From Callorhinchus milii (taxonomy: Eukaryota), in assembly GCF_018977255.1 (NCBI RefSeq), contig NW_024704742.1, positions 98,954,001 through 99,018,000 on the forward strand: a stretch of 64,000 bases of DNA. Reading direction: 5' to 3'. How positions within the stretch are numbered: the stretch's first letter is position 1; every line of letters begins with the position of its first letter. The notes beneath the pieces are model-generated. The model was not told the DNA's origin, did no database searches, and worked only from the letters and a program-made list of their open reading frames with translations. Shown here piece after piece: positions 26,844-40,380 of this stretch. The position numbers were made by a program, and so were the translations under genes.

Positions 26844-26983
26844 AGCGGAGACGGGACAAAAGCCTGAAGTGTGAGTGAGTGAGTGAGTGTGTGAGGAGGA
26901 GAAATGGGGGACATTCCCGCAGGTCTCTCTTCCGGGGTTGTGAGCCGCTGGAACCGCGTAGCCGAGGCCGGTGTTACACTGTA

Positions 26984-27363
26984 CCCCCCCCCCCCCCCCC
27001 CGGGGGGGAATGCCCCCCTCTCCCCCCTCTCTCTCACTCCCCCCTCGCTTTAACTTTTTCTTCCTGAGTCTTTTTTTTCCTCTTCTCCCCCCTCTCTCTC
27101 CCCCCTCTCCTCTCCTCTCTCCCCCCCCTCTCTCCCCCCCTTCTTCTCCCCTCTCTCTCCTCTCTCCCCCTCTCTCCTCCCCTCTCTCCTCCCCTCTTCT
27201 CCCCTCCCTCTCTCTCCCCCCCTCTCCCCTCTCTCTCTCCCCTCTCCCCTCCCTCTCTCTCCCCTCTCCCCCCCTCTCTCTCTCCCCCTCCCCCTCTCTC
27301 TCCCCCTCCCCCTCTCTCTCCCCCTCCCCCCTCTCTCCCCCCCTCTCTCCCCCTCCCTCCCCC
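26984..27363. repeat. Poly-C run followed by a ~350 bp C/T low-complexity tract
   Basis: Almost purely pyrimidine on + (CTCTCTCCCC units), G/A-rich on -. Confidence 0.92.
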
Positions 27364-28342
27364 AAAAAAAAATTATTGACCAGCAAACCAGATTCAAACA
27401 ACAACCAGTCACTGTGGGGGGGTTCGTGTCTCCCTGGGGGTTGACTGTGTGTGTTTCAAATCCTTATCTTATGTGAAGGCTGCTGTATAAATGAAAATTG
27501 TTGTTGTTGCTGCCCTCCTGGAGGGGGTCTGTGTCTCTCTCTGTCTCCTCTCCTCTGGGGTGGAGGTGTGTGTCTGCCTATCCCTTTCCCTGCTCTCCCC
27601 AGGCCCGGGGGGGGGTGGAAGTGTCTCTAAGGTGCTGTCTGTAGAAAGGGTGCTATATAAATGCGAGTTGTTGTTGTTGTTGTTGTCCCCGTCTCCTGTG
27701 GCTTGTGTCTGTCTGCTATTCCCGGTGTGATTACAAGGCTCCTGATGATTGGGTCTGTGATGGTGTGCGCCACTCTCTGCTCTCACGGGGCTGGGGGGGG
27801 ACCTAACGGCTCTCCTTTTTTGTGGGAAGGCATTTGTCCATTTATCCTCTTTCTCTCCTCTCCCCCCGAGTTGGAGTTGTCTGTCCGTCTGCTATTTGTG
27901 TGCCTCAGACTGGAAGTCTGTCTCTTTTCCCCGAGGCTGGATCTGTCTATTCACAGAGAAATGGCTGCAGGTGCCTCGCTCGTCCCCAGGACTGGGGCCG
28001 GAAGTATCTTTGTCTGCTGTTCCTGGGGCGCCTGCGTCTCCTCTTCGGGCCTATAGCTGGAGCCAGACTGAAGCCGGTGGGGCCTTGTTTGACTGTGCTT
28101 ACCAGGCCCGTCTGTGTTCTGACCAGGACTGGGGTCAGAGGGTTCAGGTTGGCTGAAGTTCAATCTGGCCACTGAGGTAGAACAGACAGACTATCATCAA
28201 AACTATTGGTGGGGGGTAATTTGTTAGTTATTGAGTCTTTTTGTTGGAGACTCGGCTTGTGTTCTGGGTTGGCAGTTTTTCTCTTGCACACAGCGGATGA
28301 CTCATTGCTTCACGCAACTTTTTTTTTCCTATCTCAATTCAG

Positions 28343-28390
28343 AGAGGAACTGTGACCTTTTACAATACAATAACCCAAATCAAACTGAAG
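28343..28390 (+). other. Candidate 48-nt 5' UTR exon
   Basis: Polypyrimidine tract plus tcAG acceptor at 28341-28342 and AAG|GTATGG donor at 28391. Confidence 0.35.
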
Positions 28391-31300
28391 GTATGGAACT
28401 GGATGAACTGTTTACACAGAATGACTGATGTTACTGCTGTGCTTTGAAGCCAAATATCGAGTTTTTTCTGGCCGGCTGGCTTGTCATAAAGTCTGTTAAT
28501 GTTTAATCAATAAGCAAAAGGGCCAAGATAGGGGTAGGTAACGTGTCAAATTTTTATATTAAAATTCTGATTCATTGGAATCTTGAAATGCTTGCGGCTT
28601 GTGTGATCATTTAATGTTAAGGATTTTTTTAGTCTATTTAGCAAGTTTTAAACTATGAAGTTCAGTGGAATTGCACAGTCATCCTAATGTACTGAGATGT
28701 AAAGCAACCTTTTTCTCCTGGGAGGGATTTGGGAACTATTTCTGTTTGGGTTTTTTAGGGGGGAAAGAAAAGGCAGGAAGAACTACACATTGATATTGCA
28801 ATGTGAAAATGTCCAGGGCTGATTCAAACCTGAGGGGTATGGTTTCTGTCTCTTTTTTTAAATAACTCGTTGAGTGATATTTGGACAGTAAATTGTAAAC
28901 ACCTCCAAGGTGACAAATATTAGGAAATAACTGGAGTGTTTCTAAGGTAGATTTTTACTTTGATTACATTTTACAAGCACTGTAAATATCATAGGAAGTG
29001 CTGAATTTATAATGTGTGATGGAAAGGTATATTTGGGGGCCTGGGGGGAAAGGGTAAGGAAGAACGGTGTTTTTATGCAGGCTGTTGATCAGATGTACTA
29101 TGTAGCTCGCCCACTTACAGTGGGTATCTTATATGTTGAGGTTTGGACTGTGCTGCTGTATAAATAGCAGCTGATTCTGTCTGTGTGGATTACCGCTTGC
29201 TGTCACATTGCAGCCTTGTGACGGGCAGAAGTTAATGCTTTGGTCCATGTGACCCTCCTGAGCTCAGGGAAAGAAGAATGTTGCTGTTGAGAGAGATTCA
29301 CGTGAAGGCTCTTAACTTTCCATTTACTAGGTGAGAAACTTGCTGTTGTTCAGTTACATAGGCCTATTTTTGTTTAAATTTTCCATTGCCCAGTCACCAT
29401 ATAATATGGGTTTGGAAGAGCTGATAAAGTGGACTCCCCAACAGTCTCCGGAATTGCAGCACAGAATCAGGCTGGAAGTACTGTTTCCTGACGATACAAA
29501 AGCTGACTTTTTAAGGGGAGGAGTGATGTGTGACCTTGGATTCTTTTTTCTTATTTGAAGACTTCTGTTCAAGAAGTTGCCATATGCTTTGGCATTGTAA
29601 ATTTTCTATCCAGGGGAACTTTCATACCTCGTGGCTTATTTGACTTTTGATAACCTCTACAGTGGTTGACCATCACATTTTTTTTTAACGGGGGAAGTTG
29701 TGGAAAGGGATTATTAAAGAGAAGAGAGGGAAGTGATTGAAATAACAAAGTCATCACTGCGAGGAAGGAGGGTGCTTCTTTTCTGTAGTGGCAGTTGACG
29801 CAACAGTTAACTGAGTTCACAATAAAAATAGGTGTGTCATATCTAGAACCAAAGTGCTGTACAGGATTGCAAAATGCTTGTTTTGACGAAATTGATGACA
29901 CTTTTTCACCGATGCATTGCGAGTTTCGACCTGTGGGTGTCTTTCCCTGGAAATGTCCATTGAGGCCTATGATTGTAGGAAGAAATGCTGCTGCGTGAAG
30001 TAAAATGAAGCTAATGGCTGTGTTCAGTGGACGCTGAGGAGGAGATGGTGTCGGTGCTATGCATTCTTACTGATTCGAGTCTCAATTTCCACTAATGGGG
30101 GGATCTGATAGATTTGTTAGGTTTCATTTCAACTTCTGTTAGTTTGAAATGAGATTGCCTATATTTTTTAAATGGGGCATTCCACTGGTAGTTGATGCTA
30201 GAACATTTTTAAGGTAATTTGGCTTTTACAGATACTATCCTCCACTCCAACTTCTTAAGGGAAGTCCCCTCCTCTCCTTTGGCCTGAAGCATGGTGCTGC
30301 AATTCATGTAAGCAGACTAGTTTCACAACCCTCTTGCTCAATAATATTCATGTAAACCTAGGCAGTGAGTACTAGGCTGTTCCTCTGGTGGAGAGAATTC
30401 AAAACAAAGGGAACATAATCTTCAAATCCGAACCAAAACTCTGATTTGAATCTCAAATCAGAACTAAACTTGTTAGTGGCAAGATTAGAAATGTTTATTC
30501 ATGCAGAACATGGGGCAATGCAATGCACAAAAGACTATGGGGGCAGAATTGTCTTGGATCACAAGATCAGCTTGGATGAAGGTTCTTCAACCATTTAATC
30601 TCGAACTTCCAGATTACCTACCTTACCGTCTTCCCGTTACAACATCAAGCTGTTTATTAAATGAGTTCATCATCCTGGCTTTGACCACTTCCTGGTAATC
30701 TGTTCATTTGCCCACAAAATAGTCAATCCACTTTGCAGTATATCCTGTGAAGTGCTTGATATGACTTGATAAGGCGCAATATCAAATGCAAGGATTATTA
30801 CTACCCAATGGGCAAAGAAATGTTTCCTGGTAGTTGTCCTGAAACTGCCCTTTGCCACCTTCAATCTGTGTCCTCTTGTTCTGCTGCCCTGATGTATTTG
30901 TGGTTTACTTTTTCCAATTACAATTAAGTAATCAATTGAATTTCATAGAGCCTTAAGTGATTTTTTTATTGTGAAATTTGGTGACTATTTGTAGGTGATT
31001 GTGGCAGGCAATTTTACACTCAGTAATAACCGCAAACTTGGGCACAACCAACCAATTTAACAAACAACAATCTGGGGGATTGCTGCTCTGGATCCCTGTA
31101 AGAAACTCCATTTTTTTTCGGGTAGTGCCATGGGATTTTTTTTTTTTAAAAAAACAGCTTGGTAAAAGTAAACTGGCATTTGCATCCTTGATTTTTAACA
31201 TCTTATTTGAAGTTCCATACCTCAAAAAAGCAAAGTGCCAATGTGGGGATTGAACCCACAGCCTTCTGAACCGCAGACAGCAGTGCTATCGGTTGAGTCA

Positions 31301-33714
31301 AACTGACACCAGAATATCCTTTATGTATTTTTTAAAAAGAAAATAGATACTCGAGTAAGGAATATGGAGAAATTTGATAAAAGATTTGTCTGAATTAATG
31401 AACAAATTGAATGGCCTACTCCTGCTTCTATATTTTGCAGGGTGAGGTGACGTTCCAGCAAAGCCTGATGCTGTCTACACGTGTCCAGACAGCAAGGTTT
31501 ACTGCCCAGTAATGGAGTTTTCTAATGTAAATAAAAGTCGGTGTAACATACACTCCAAAGCTGCAGTGTGTATTAGTCCAGGAATATGTTTTGCCTTCCA
31601 TTCGGGTGGGCAGTATACAGACTATTTCAAATGAAGCTTGTACTAGTCTGCTTCCTACGGTGTATGGTGGGTTTCGCCCACGGTAAACTGAAGTTCAGAA
31701 TTTTTTGGCAAGATGTTTAGTGGAATCTCCCAAATGTTTCAAATGACGCAGGCTGTTTAAAGGGGTGGAATTGAGTAGTGATAGTACTCTCATACCTTGT
31801 ATAAATTGCAGCTTTGTTTAATATTTATCTTGCAAACTGAAACCCCATAAAACTATTTGAAGACACAAGGAAAGTTTTAGTAATCCCTACACTTGATATA
31901 GCACTGTTCAAGTTGGGACGATGAAACAAAGCACTTTGCAAGATATACCATAAAGTGTAGTGACTAATTGTAGGCAAATGCAGCAGCCAATTTGCACAGA
32001 ATAATGTCCCACAAACAACCATAAAATTAATGACCAGTTTTATTTGTAGGGTTGTTAGGCGGGAGAAACTCCCTTGATTTTTTTTAGCAATGCTCAAACA
32101 TCCACCTGAACAGGCAAAGATGGGACCTTGCACAGAAAGTGGAGGAGGGGAGCCTAAATGATATCTACAGACTAGATTTATTACATTCCTTGTGAACATC
32201 AACAGATTATGCACCGGCATTTCTTAAATGCAAAATTGCCATTTTCCTCCAGTGTTTTTGCTCACTGGTTTATTTTCTGACTTCGCTGCTCGAGATTTAC
32301 AATTCACCAGCCGTGAATTTCAGAATCCATCAAATCTAGTTTACGGCTTGTTTTTAAGATCATTGCATGCATAAACTGGTGTGTGGATTAACAGGCAGAG
32401 TAATCGTTAGTCTTGTGCTTGTTGCTATAGTCCGGTAAAGCAAGATTTTATTTATTGAGTGCCGGTAATAGATATTTATTTTAATTTTCATTCCTCAATT
32501 GTATTTTTAATCCACATTGAAATATTCAGTTATTTGAAAGAAGCAATGACTGAACTGTCTAACTGCTTCCATTTGACTACTGCACCTGTTGTGTTTGACT
32601 GTCTTCTCTGACCCCAGACAAGACAGAGTAACTGTTTGCCAGTGACTAATGCCGATGCCTTTGCAAGCAGCTGAGGTTCACGTGACCTATGTTGTTTGGA
32701 GGAGTGGGGGGTGGTAAATACAAGAGAAGGTGATGAAATGTATTTACTGTTGGGAGTACATTCATTATATAATTCAGAATTGTGTTGCAAGGAAGCTAGT
32801 ATTTGTGTAATGACAGTTTATATTGAGACTTTTTTATGACAGTCGTATTGAGCCCATGGACATGAGAGCACATCTTATTCAAAAGGAGATGCTTGTAGTC
32901 ATGCTATTCAATATACGCTACTGCAGTATATCTACACAATTTTCTAAAAGAAAGCCATTTGGCCATCAAGCCTATGCTATTGCTTCCGCTGGAGCTATAA
33001 CTTCAATTCCCAATTTTCCTACCAGCATCCTTTCTCTTATATACTCCCAAACAAACTACTTATCTGTTAAATCCTATGACCTTAGCAGCAATATGTGCAG
33101 TGTTTGTGGCAAATCGTTCATGTTCTAGTTGCAAGACAGTCTTGTACTTCTGCATACCATGTTACTGATTGCAATGACCATTCTATGTTACAAAATGGGA
33201 CCAAATTTGGAATATTCGATGCAAGGTTTCAAAACTGTAGTATTACATTTCTAGTATTAGTGTGTATGTTACTGCAATTATTGTGTAGTAGAGCCACCAA
33301 ATGGCTGTGAAAAGGTAGTGTAGCCTTAGTAGTGATAGTAGAAAAGGTAGTAATAGTAAATCCTTGCCTTATCACTTTGTCAAAATGTCATGTGCTTCAC
33401 AGAATTTTACTATAAAGTGTGCTGACTATAAAGTGTATCCAAAAATCAGTCCAGGCTTTATTTCTCCTTCTCCCTCCCCCTTCCCAATTAGCCTTATCTT
33501 AAATTCCTCAAGATCCTGCACAAAGAAATAGAGTAGATTAATATTGCACCCTAAAGCTAGCTTTCAATTAGCTTTTTTTTCCCTGATTCCTACAAGGATG
33601 TGTACAGTATATAGAATCCCATTTGTTGTGAAGGATCCTTATGAAGGGTGTGGTATCCTGTGCCTAATTTGTCCTTTTTGCTCTATATACGCTGTGGTTG
33701 GATATCTAGAATAT

Positions 33715-34120
33715 CCAGTGTCCCCAGAGCGACGTACCTTGCTTACCCAATTCCTGAAAATAGGCAAGATTGTCAAGAACCAAGGCTTGGGGACCCGAAA
33801 ATGTATGGGAGTACTCCTGGAGTTTAACCAGCTAAAACAACATAGCCTGCCATTGAAAGCGTTGCCTTTTGCTTGTCTGTACCCATTAGGGCTTTGGCTT
33901 GCATGGTTAACAGTAGCTGAGTGTGAGGAATCCCAGTTCAAGTGACTAGTCAGCTTTTTCAAGTCCTATTGATCATCCCGGCTGCTGTGCTTCATTAGCA
34001 GTGCTCTGGATTACTGCAGACCTACTTTGTTTAGGAATTGTACTATCGATACTGCCACAAAAGAGTGACTTGATTTCTGTTGCCCAATGTCACCTTGGAG
34101 CCAGTTCAACTCCCAATAAA
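33715..34120 (-). mobile_element. Unclassified retroposon, copy B (in the 5' intron of the ZFAND5-type gene)
   Basis: On +: CCAAGGCTTGGGGACCC..CCCATTAGGGCTTTGG..TTGGAGCC. Confidence 0.75.
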
Positions 34121-34561
34121 TCTGTTATCACTGCCCAATGATCCCTGCAGGAAAGTGTGTGGGGTTGGGTGAAGAGGTTCAGGGAAGGCTTGTTCTCTGA
34201 GGGTGTTTAGGGACTGTTGGGTCTGACTGTGCAGTGATGCTCACAGTTACAACTGGGGAACTATACCCCAGAGATACTTGACATCTGGAAAATTATGAGA
34301 TTGGGGAATGAAGTATTGGCTCAGTATGTTTGTATACTACCTGTATAAGTACTTTAGGATGTCCTCCTGATATGAAAGGTGCTATGCAAATGTAAATTTA
34401 TATTGTATCAAAATGAATTGGTGGGAGAGGAGACTGAATAAGTGTAGTTTATTACCATATGGCAAACTTCTGTGTATTATTGCATGATGTTTTACAAAAT
34501 TAAATCCTTTGCATAAGAATAACCAGTGATTAAGTGTTCTTTTTAAACACTATTTACAGGT

Positions 34562-34712
34562 ATGGCTCAAGAAACTAATCCGACCCAAGGGCCTATGCTA
34601 TGTGCGACAGGCTGTGGGTTTTACGGAAATCCTCGGACAAATGGAATGTGTTCGGTTTGCTACAAAGATCACCTACAAAGGCAGCAGAATGGTGGTAGAA
34701 TGAGTCCAATGG
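34562..34712 (+). CDS. ZFAND5: ZFAND5-type gene, coding exon 1 (A20 zinc finger): [50 protein letters not shown](G)
   Basis: Acceptor tttacAG at 34558-34559, ATG at 34562, donor GTAAG at 34713. 151 nt, phase 1. The translation closely matches the vertebrate ZFAND5 N-terminus, with A20 motif [23 protein letters not shown]. Confidence 0.96.
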
Positions 34713-34834
34713 GTAAGCTATGAATTATGCTGCATTTGCTAGATGTACATGTATAATCGGACATCATCCTGACGTGAAAGGCACAAGATGCATGTAAATT
34801 ATATTGTTAATAATGAACTTGTTCCATCTTCCAT

Positions 34835-35255
34835 TCTTTCTACCTTGTGAGACGTTACTAAGTAAATTAGGCATGTTCACATTGGAAAAGAGACTGAGAG
34901 GTGACGTGATTACTGTCTTTAAAATTCTAAAGGAGCTAGACAATATAGATCATGTCAGGTTGTTTCAACTTTTCCAGAATAGTAAAACCAGAGGACATGG
35001 CCTGCGATTGAAAGGGGTAAATTCAGAATGAATCTACGCAAACACCAATTCAGTGAGCAAATAGTGAACCTGTGGAATGGTCTCCCTAGGGAGACGGTTA
35101 AAGCAGGAAGTGTTGATTTTTTCAAGCACAGATTAGACTACATTATGGGATGTAGTACATAGGTAGTTTGGGACATATGTGCGTGCGACTGCCAGGATGG
35201 TGGAAGGCAAACTAAATGGACCTTGGTCTTTTTTCGTCTAGCATTTCTTATGTAC
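34835..35255 (+). mobile_element. CR1 3' fragment in an intron of the ZFAND5-type gene
   Basis: LGMFTLEKRLRGDVITVFKIL..TRGHGLRL in ORF 34804, then VNLWNGLP and a TTTCTTATGT end. Confidence 0.85.
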
Positions 35256-36876
35256 CTTCACCCCACCCTTGTTATCTTGTCATTGTAATCTGTGAATAGA
35301 TAAGATTAGTCTCTTTCTTACTATTCGCCCGTCTGGGAGCATGTTCTCCCTCATACAGCCCTGACTCAATATTTTCGAGACCTCCAGAAATCAAATGTGT
35401 TAAGCATAATTTGAAGGGCTTTGGAAATATCAAATGTAGCATGTAAACATCGATCTCTTGTGCTAGAAAGTGTCTCAGAGGCTGATCACTTGATAGGCCA
35501 AGTGGCCTACTTTGGCTGCAATCTGATATCATTGAAAGACAAGTCATGCCTGAGTGGAGTTTAGTGGGATGGCATGAGATACATTGGTGTAATGTCCAAC
35601 ATTTGATATTTTACAATCTCACAGAAAACTTTGTGAAGGGTTTGTATTACACATCTATCAGCATTGCATAGGATGACCACAGTTGCTTGCTTCACAGCCG
35701 TGGCTGAGTGTATAATGACGGCAGTTTACGTTCTGCACAAGTAGGCATGCATAGATCAAAAACTCAAAAGCAATTTGTGATCAAAAATGTGTGAATATCT
35801 CTGAAACTCTGACTTTGAATGCGTTTGAACTTTCAATTTAGCTTTGACCTCTCTTTGACAAGAGTGAAATAGGGGAGAGTAGTCTAATCTAGGATTTTGT
35901 TAGCAGCTATATGGCCAACGATGACAGCTCCTCAGGATGAATTCCACCCTGAGCCACCTGGCAATATTCAACACTAAAAATGAATACAGTCTAGATCGGG
36001 GATGGCCAACTTGCTTTCCCTGTGACTATTTCGCGTACGCTTCATGTGGCCTGCATATGGCCTACAAATTGGCCATTCCTGGCATCCCTTGCATAGAGAT
36101 TATCTTCTCTTTGCAAGTCCCAAGTATCGTGCTTGAAATTACCCAAGCCTACTGGCTTTTACTTAATCTTTCAGTTTTAGAGTAATTATGCAAGAAGCTT
36201 TATGATACCATATCTTTCACCAGGAGTCTTGACTTTCACCATTATGAAGCACTGTTTCACAAGCTACCTAGAGTACGGTTCATCAACTGAGCTGCATTTA
36301 CAGCTTTGCACTCTCCCTACTGTCTATTTTTAAAACTATGAATAGCCTGATGAACTACAATTGTCAGAACTGGTTCTACTACAGGTTACCAAGTTACTAG
36401 ACTAAATGTAAATCTGAAAAGCTATTGGTTTATAAAAGGCAGATTGTTCAACCACAGAGCTTTCAGTCTGGATTGAATCAGATGGATAGGAACAAATCAA
36501 ATCAAGTTTTTAGCTGAAGAAATGTACTTTCCTCAAATATAGAATTATGAATGAAGGGCTATTATCTGCTTCAGAGCTAACCCTAATAGCTGGTTGGAAA
36601 GGGTGCTGTGTGGTACTGAAATGTATGTCTTTCATTACGGAGTGAGCTCATGGCTTGACGACCTTTTTGATGACTTCAGTGATGACAAAATTAGTTTAAA
36701 CAGTGCTGAGCTAGGAAGAACCCTGCCCCCAACCCTCTTTGTCTTCATAAGTGACAAGTGTCAACGTTGGGTGGTGTACCTGCTTGTGACAGTGTTATTT
36801 GGAGTGGAAAGTCTATTGTATTGCATTGCGTATTTTGTGATCAAATTTGATTAAATGGATAAACCATTAAATTTTG

Positions 36877-37217
36877 TCCCGTAGCATAGTGGTTAGCTTG
36901 CTCATCTCGCAAGCGGAAAACCCGGGTTCGATTCCCAGGTGGGACGAAACCGTAGGCAAGTTTTCTTACTCCATACACCTCTGGTTACCGAGCAGTAATT
37001 AGAAACCGGTAGTTAGTCGATGGGCAGATCGCGTTCCAGGGGGTAATAATCCCTCATTAAAAAAAATTGGGGGCATTCAATTCATGACTGTTTGCAGGAC
37101 ACTGCTGAGAGAAATTGGCTGCCGTGTTTCACCCACAAAATACAGTCGATCCACTTTTGCAATATATTCTGTGAAGCGCTTTGAGATGTTTCAAATACAA
37201 CGGTTATTATTTATTAT
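36877..37217 (+). mobile_element. tRNA-SINE, long form, ending just upstream of coding exon 2
   Basis: B box GGTTCGATTCCC, core, and a degenerate (ATT)n tail ending ~30 nt before the acceptor. Confidence 0.88.
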
Positions 37218-37246
37218 ATAACCACATTTAAAACTTATTTGTTCAG

Positions 37247-37355
37247 GACCCGCAAATAATTCAAATGGATCCAGCTCTGATTTCACTCATGCCCAGCGAA
37301 CAGAAAGCTTAAGCAACATGGAGGGTGCCACCATCAATATAACTGCCAAAACGAG
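37247..37355 (+). CDS. ZFAND5: ZFAND5-type coding exon 2 (linker): (G)PANNSNGSSSDFTHAQRTESLSNMEGATINITAKT(R)
   Basis: Acceptor gttcAG at 37245-37246, donor GTAAG at 37356. 109 nt, open in the required phase, and resembles the ZFAND5 linker. Confidence 0.88.
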
Positions 37356-38986
37356 GTAAGAATCCAATTACAACATTCCAGGCATCTTGTTGTGCACATC
37401 TGATCCTAAAAGCCTTGAACTAGCATTCATTTAACTACTGTTGCTGATGTTTTGAAATTTGACCTCCAAGTAAGATTCCCCCGAAGGAAGGGAGCAGGTT
37501 GGTTAACAATGTTATCAAACAATAGTTGGTCAAATTCAGTCTTCTTTCATCATCAGGAACCCTCACCTGACATTCCTGCATTGCCTCAATAATGTGGGAT
37601 ACAGACACATTTCCCTAGGGAAGGGAAGTCTCTTTGCAAAATGGCATTGGGTTGTATCTGTGCTTTCAATTCTTGTGGCTAAGTAATCCAATTTTAAAGA
37701 TTATTAAAATGTTGTATAGAACCAGGTCCAAGTTTCATTTTTTTAAAAAAGTTAAAGCAAGCACTCAGTCATAATAAATCTTGCATTTATATAGCTCCTT
37801 ATTACATCATGCTGCTTCAATTCAGAAAGCTGTGCTTCAGGCATTTGAGTAGGCCCATAAAGCTTTCCCTTTCTCCCAACTTTGGGCTCTCCTCCACTAC
37901 CAATTGAGATGTCTGATCAGGTGGGGGTTAAAGATACTGTGGCACCCTTCGAAAAGAGAAGGGGGTTGCTATATGCAAATGGCCTACCACCTTCGCTGAC
38001 AAATACAGTTGATGCACTTTACACTAAATTCTGAATACAGTAATCCTAGCATTTGATATACTGCCTTCCACATTGGGTTGTCACATCTTGACTATAAACG
38101 ATTAGGTGCTGCATTAAAGGCAAGTATTTTTCTTTTCGCAGCCTCAGTGTAAGATTTCTGGAATGACTATTTAGAAATGTACCCTTTTTCTTTCAGAAGT
38201 AAAGGAAAAGAGCGCATTATGAAGACGTAACTGTTCTTCCTTCATAGTGAAAGATTTTGGGAAGTTTGGGGCCAGGGTTAGGCAGGCAAATTGGTACCTA
38301 CTGTAATTCAAATCATTACTGATGAATTCTTGCAAATTCAAATATTCAATGTTAAATCCTTTTGAGAAATGTAAAGGTTATTCCATTTCATTATATTAGA
38401 AAAGAAAATCTTTGAAATAATTTGGGAAAATTATATCCCAAAATGGCATTTCAACTTTTTCAAAAGGTAGATTAAATCAACAATTAAATTCTACTGGTGC
38501 CAACTCAAATTGACTTAGTTTAAATACAGCAATATCCCAGTTGATTCTGGGTACTTGAATGCAAGGACAGCAAATGTAATTCATGGCAAATGTTATTCAA
38601 TGTATTGCCTTCTGTCCCCCACTCAATCTTGCTTTCAGTTTAACCAAGAAATTAAAATGATGGAATGCCGTAGGTGTTGTAAATATACATATAGTGCCCC
38701 AACTTTTGAGACTGATTTTGTTTTGAAATTGGCTCTTATTGAACTTCAACTTCAAGAAAATTAGTTTGAGGTAAAATGTTTTAAGGCGTCTCTAGATTTA
38801 ACAGGTTGTAGGAATTCTGGTTAAACTTTGCATAGAAGTGCTAGTTATGTGCGTTTAAAGATGTGAGACTTCTCTTCCTCATGGGAGGTGTAAAGGCCAA
38901 TTGCTATATTTCAGTTATACTGCAGTCGACCGATTCCATTGTGCTAATCCACCCACATAACCAAAGTGAATTTTGCTTCTTTGCAG

Positions 38987-39084
38987 AAACATGCCTGGAT
39001 CAGCCTTGCCGGTGACACAGCAGATGACAGAAATGAGCATTTCTAGAGAGGAGAAACCCACAGAAGCTGAGGTAGAGGAGCCAG
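38987..39084 (+). CDS. ZFAND5: ZFAND5-type coding exon 3: (R)[32 protein letters not shown](V)
   Basis: Acceptor ttgcAG at 38985-38986, donor GTATG at 39085. 98 nt. Contains the ZFAND5 motif [16 protein letters not shown]. Confidence 0.95.
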
Positions 39085-39814
39085 GTATGTAAAATTGCAT
39101 GATCTGAAAAGCTAGAGCATATTTTTCATTGGATAAAATCAAATTGTCTCAGGATTTCCAAGATTAAGATCTACTTATGAAAAATGAGTAGTTGAAGGGA
39201 GTTGCAGGACCTACTACATAGTTGTTCATAGAGACAGAACATAGTTCTTCCTATTGCTTTCAAGCCATTTGTGACTTGGTTGTTTGATGCTACATAAAGA
39301 TCCAAGCGCATAGACTACCATTTCCACCTGCTTCTAGGGAAGATGTGTAGTGTCGGAAGTGGCATCTATCAGATGAAGATAGTAAACTGAGGCCATGTCT
39401 GCTTGTTCAGATTGATGTTAGATTCCTTTAATATTGGGGAAAAGGGAGGACTTTCTCTCAGCATCACAGCCAACAATCCTGCAGAATAATTTGTAGTTTT
39501 GAATGATCTTGCTAGTTCGAATGTTGGTTGCTTGTCCTCGTTACACTTGATGATAAATCCTTGTATAGCATTTTAAGGCTTTTCTACATTTTAGAAATTT
39601 TTGATTTAATCTCTTTTGAAAAACTTCAGATGACATTTTGGGATATGTTTTTCCCAAGTTATTTCAAAGATTTTTTCCTAATATAATGAAATGGAATAAC
39701 CTTTACATTTCTCAGAAGGATTTAACACTAAATATTTCAATTTGCAAGAATTCATCAGTAACGATTTGAATTACAGTAGATTGCTGTTATATACTGTTCA
39801 ATTTTAGAATAAAC

Positions 39815-39995
39815 ATGATTTGGTCATTCAGTCTGTGGCTGTTTGTAGGACACTGCTGTGTGCAATTATTATTATTATAATTGGCTGCTGTGTTTAGCCC
39901 ATTAAAATGGTCGATGCACTTTACTATATATTCTGTAAAGCGCTTTGAGACATCTCAATGACATAAGGTGTTATATCAAATGCAAGGATTCTTAT
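39815..39995 (+). mobile_element. 5'-truncated tRNA-SINE
   Basis: Core and CAAATGCAAGGATT tail. Confidence 0.75.
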
Positions 39996-40257
39996 TTTTT
40001 TAATAACCGCTAGTATATTTCCAACCTGCCTTCCAACTAGGCTCAATCCAGAGCTGCTGGTCATTGTACCTACACCAAACTGTCACTGATGATATCACTG
40101 CAGAAAGCCAACCAGCTCCACTGCATTACAAATTACAATGTTGTGCTTCAAAACACATTTGTGGCTGAAAGGTGATGCACAAAACCAGGCTGAAAGCGTG
40201 GCTGTTTGAAGTGACTAAGTATGTCTGCAACTTAATGGCTCTTTTCCTTTGTAACAG

Positions 40258-40380
40258 TTGTAGCTCAGCCATCTTCATCAATTGCGTCAGAGAGTGCTTC
40301 AGGGAATGAAGAATCTCCCGAAGTACCCAAATCAAAGAAGAACAGGTGCTTTGCATGCAGGAAGAAGGTTGGTTTTACAG
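40258..40380 (+). CDS. ZFAND5: ZFAND5-type coding exon 4 (start of AN1 finger): (V)[40 protein letters not shown](G)
   Basis: Acceptor taacAG at 40256-40257, donor GTAAG at 40381. 123 nt. Carries the KKNRCFxCRKKVG start of the AN1 finger. Confidence 0.95.

Noticed and set aside
26484..27444. 306-aa Glu/Gly/Arg-rich and 157-aa Pro/Ser/Leu-rich ORFs
   Set aside because: They are translations of the C/T low-complexity tract.
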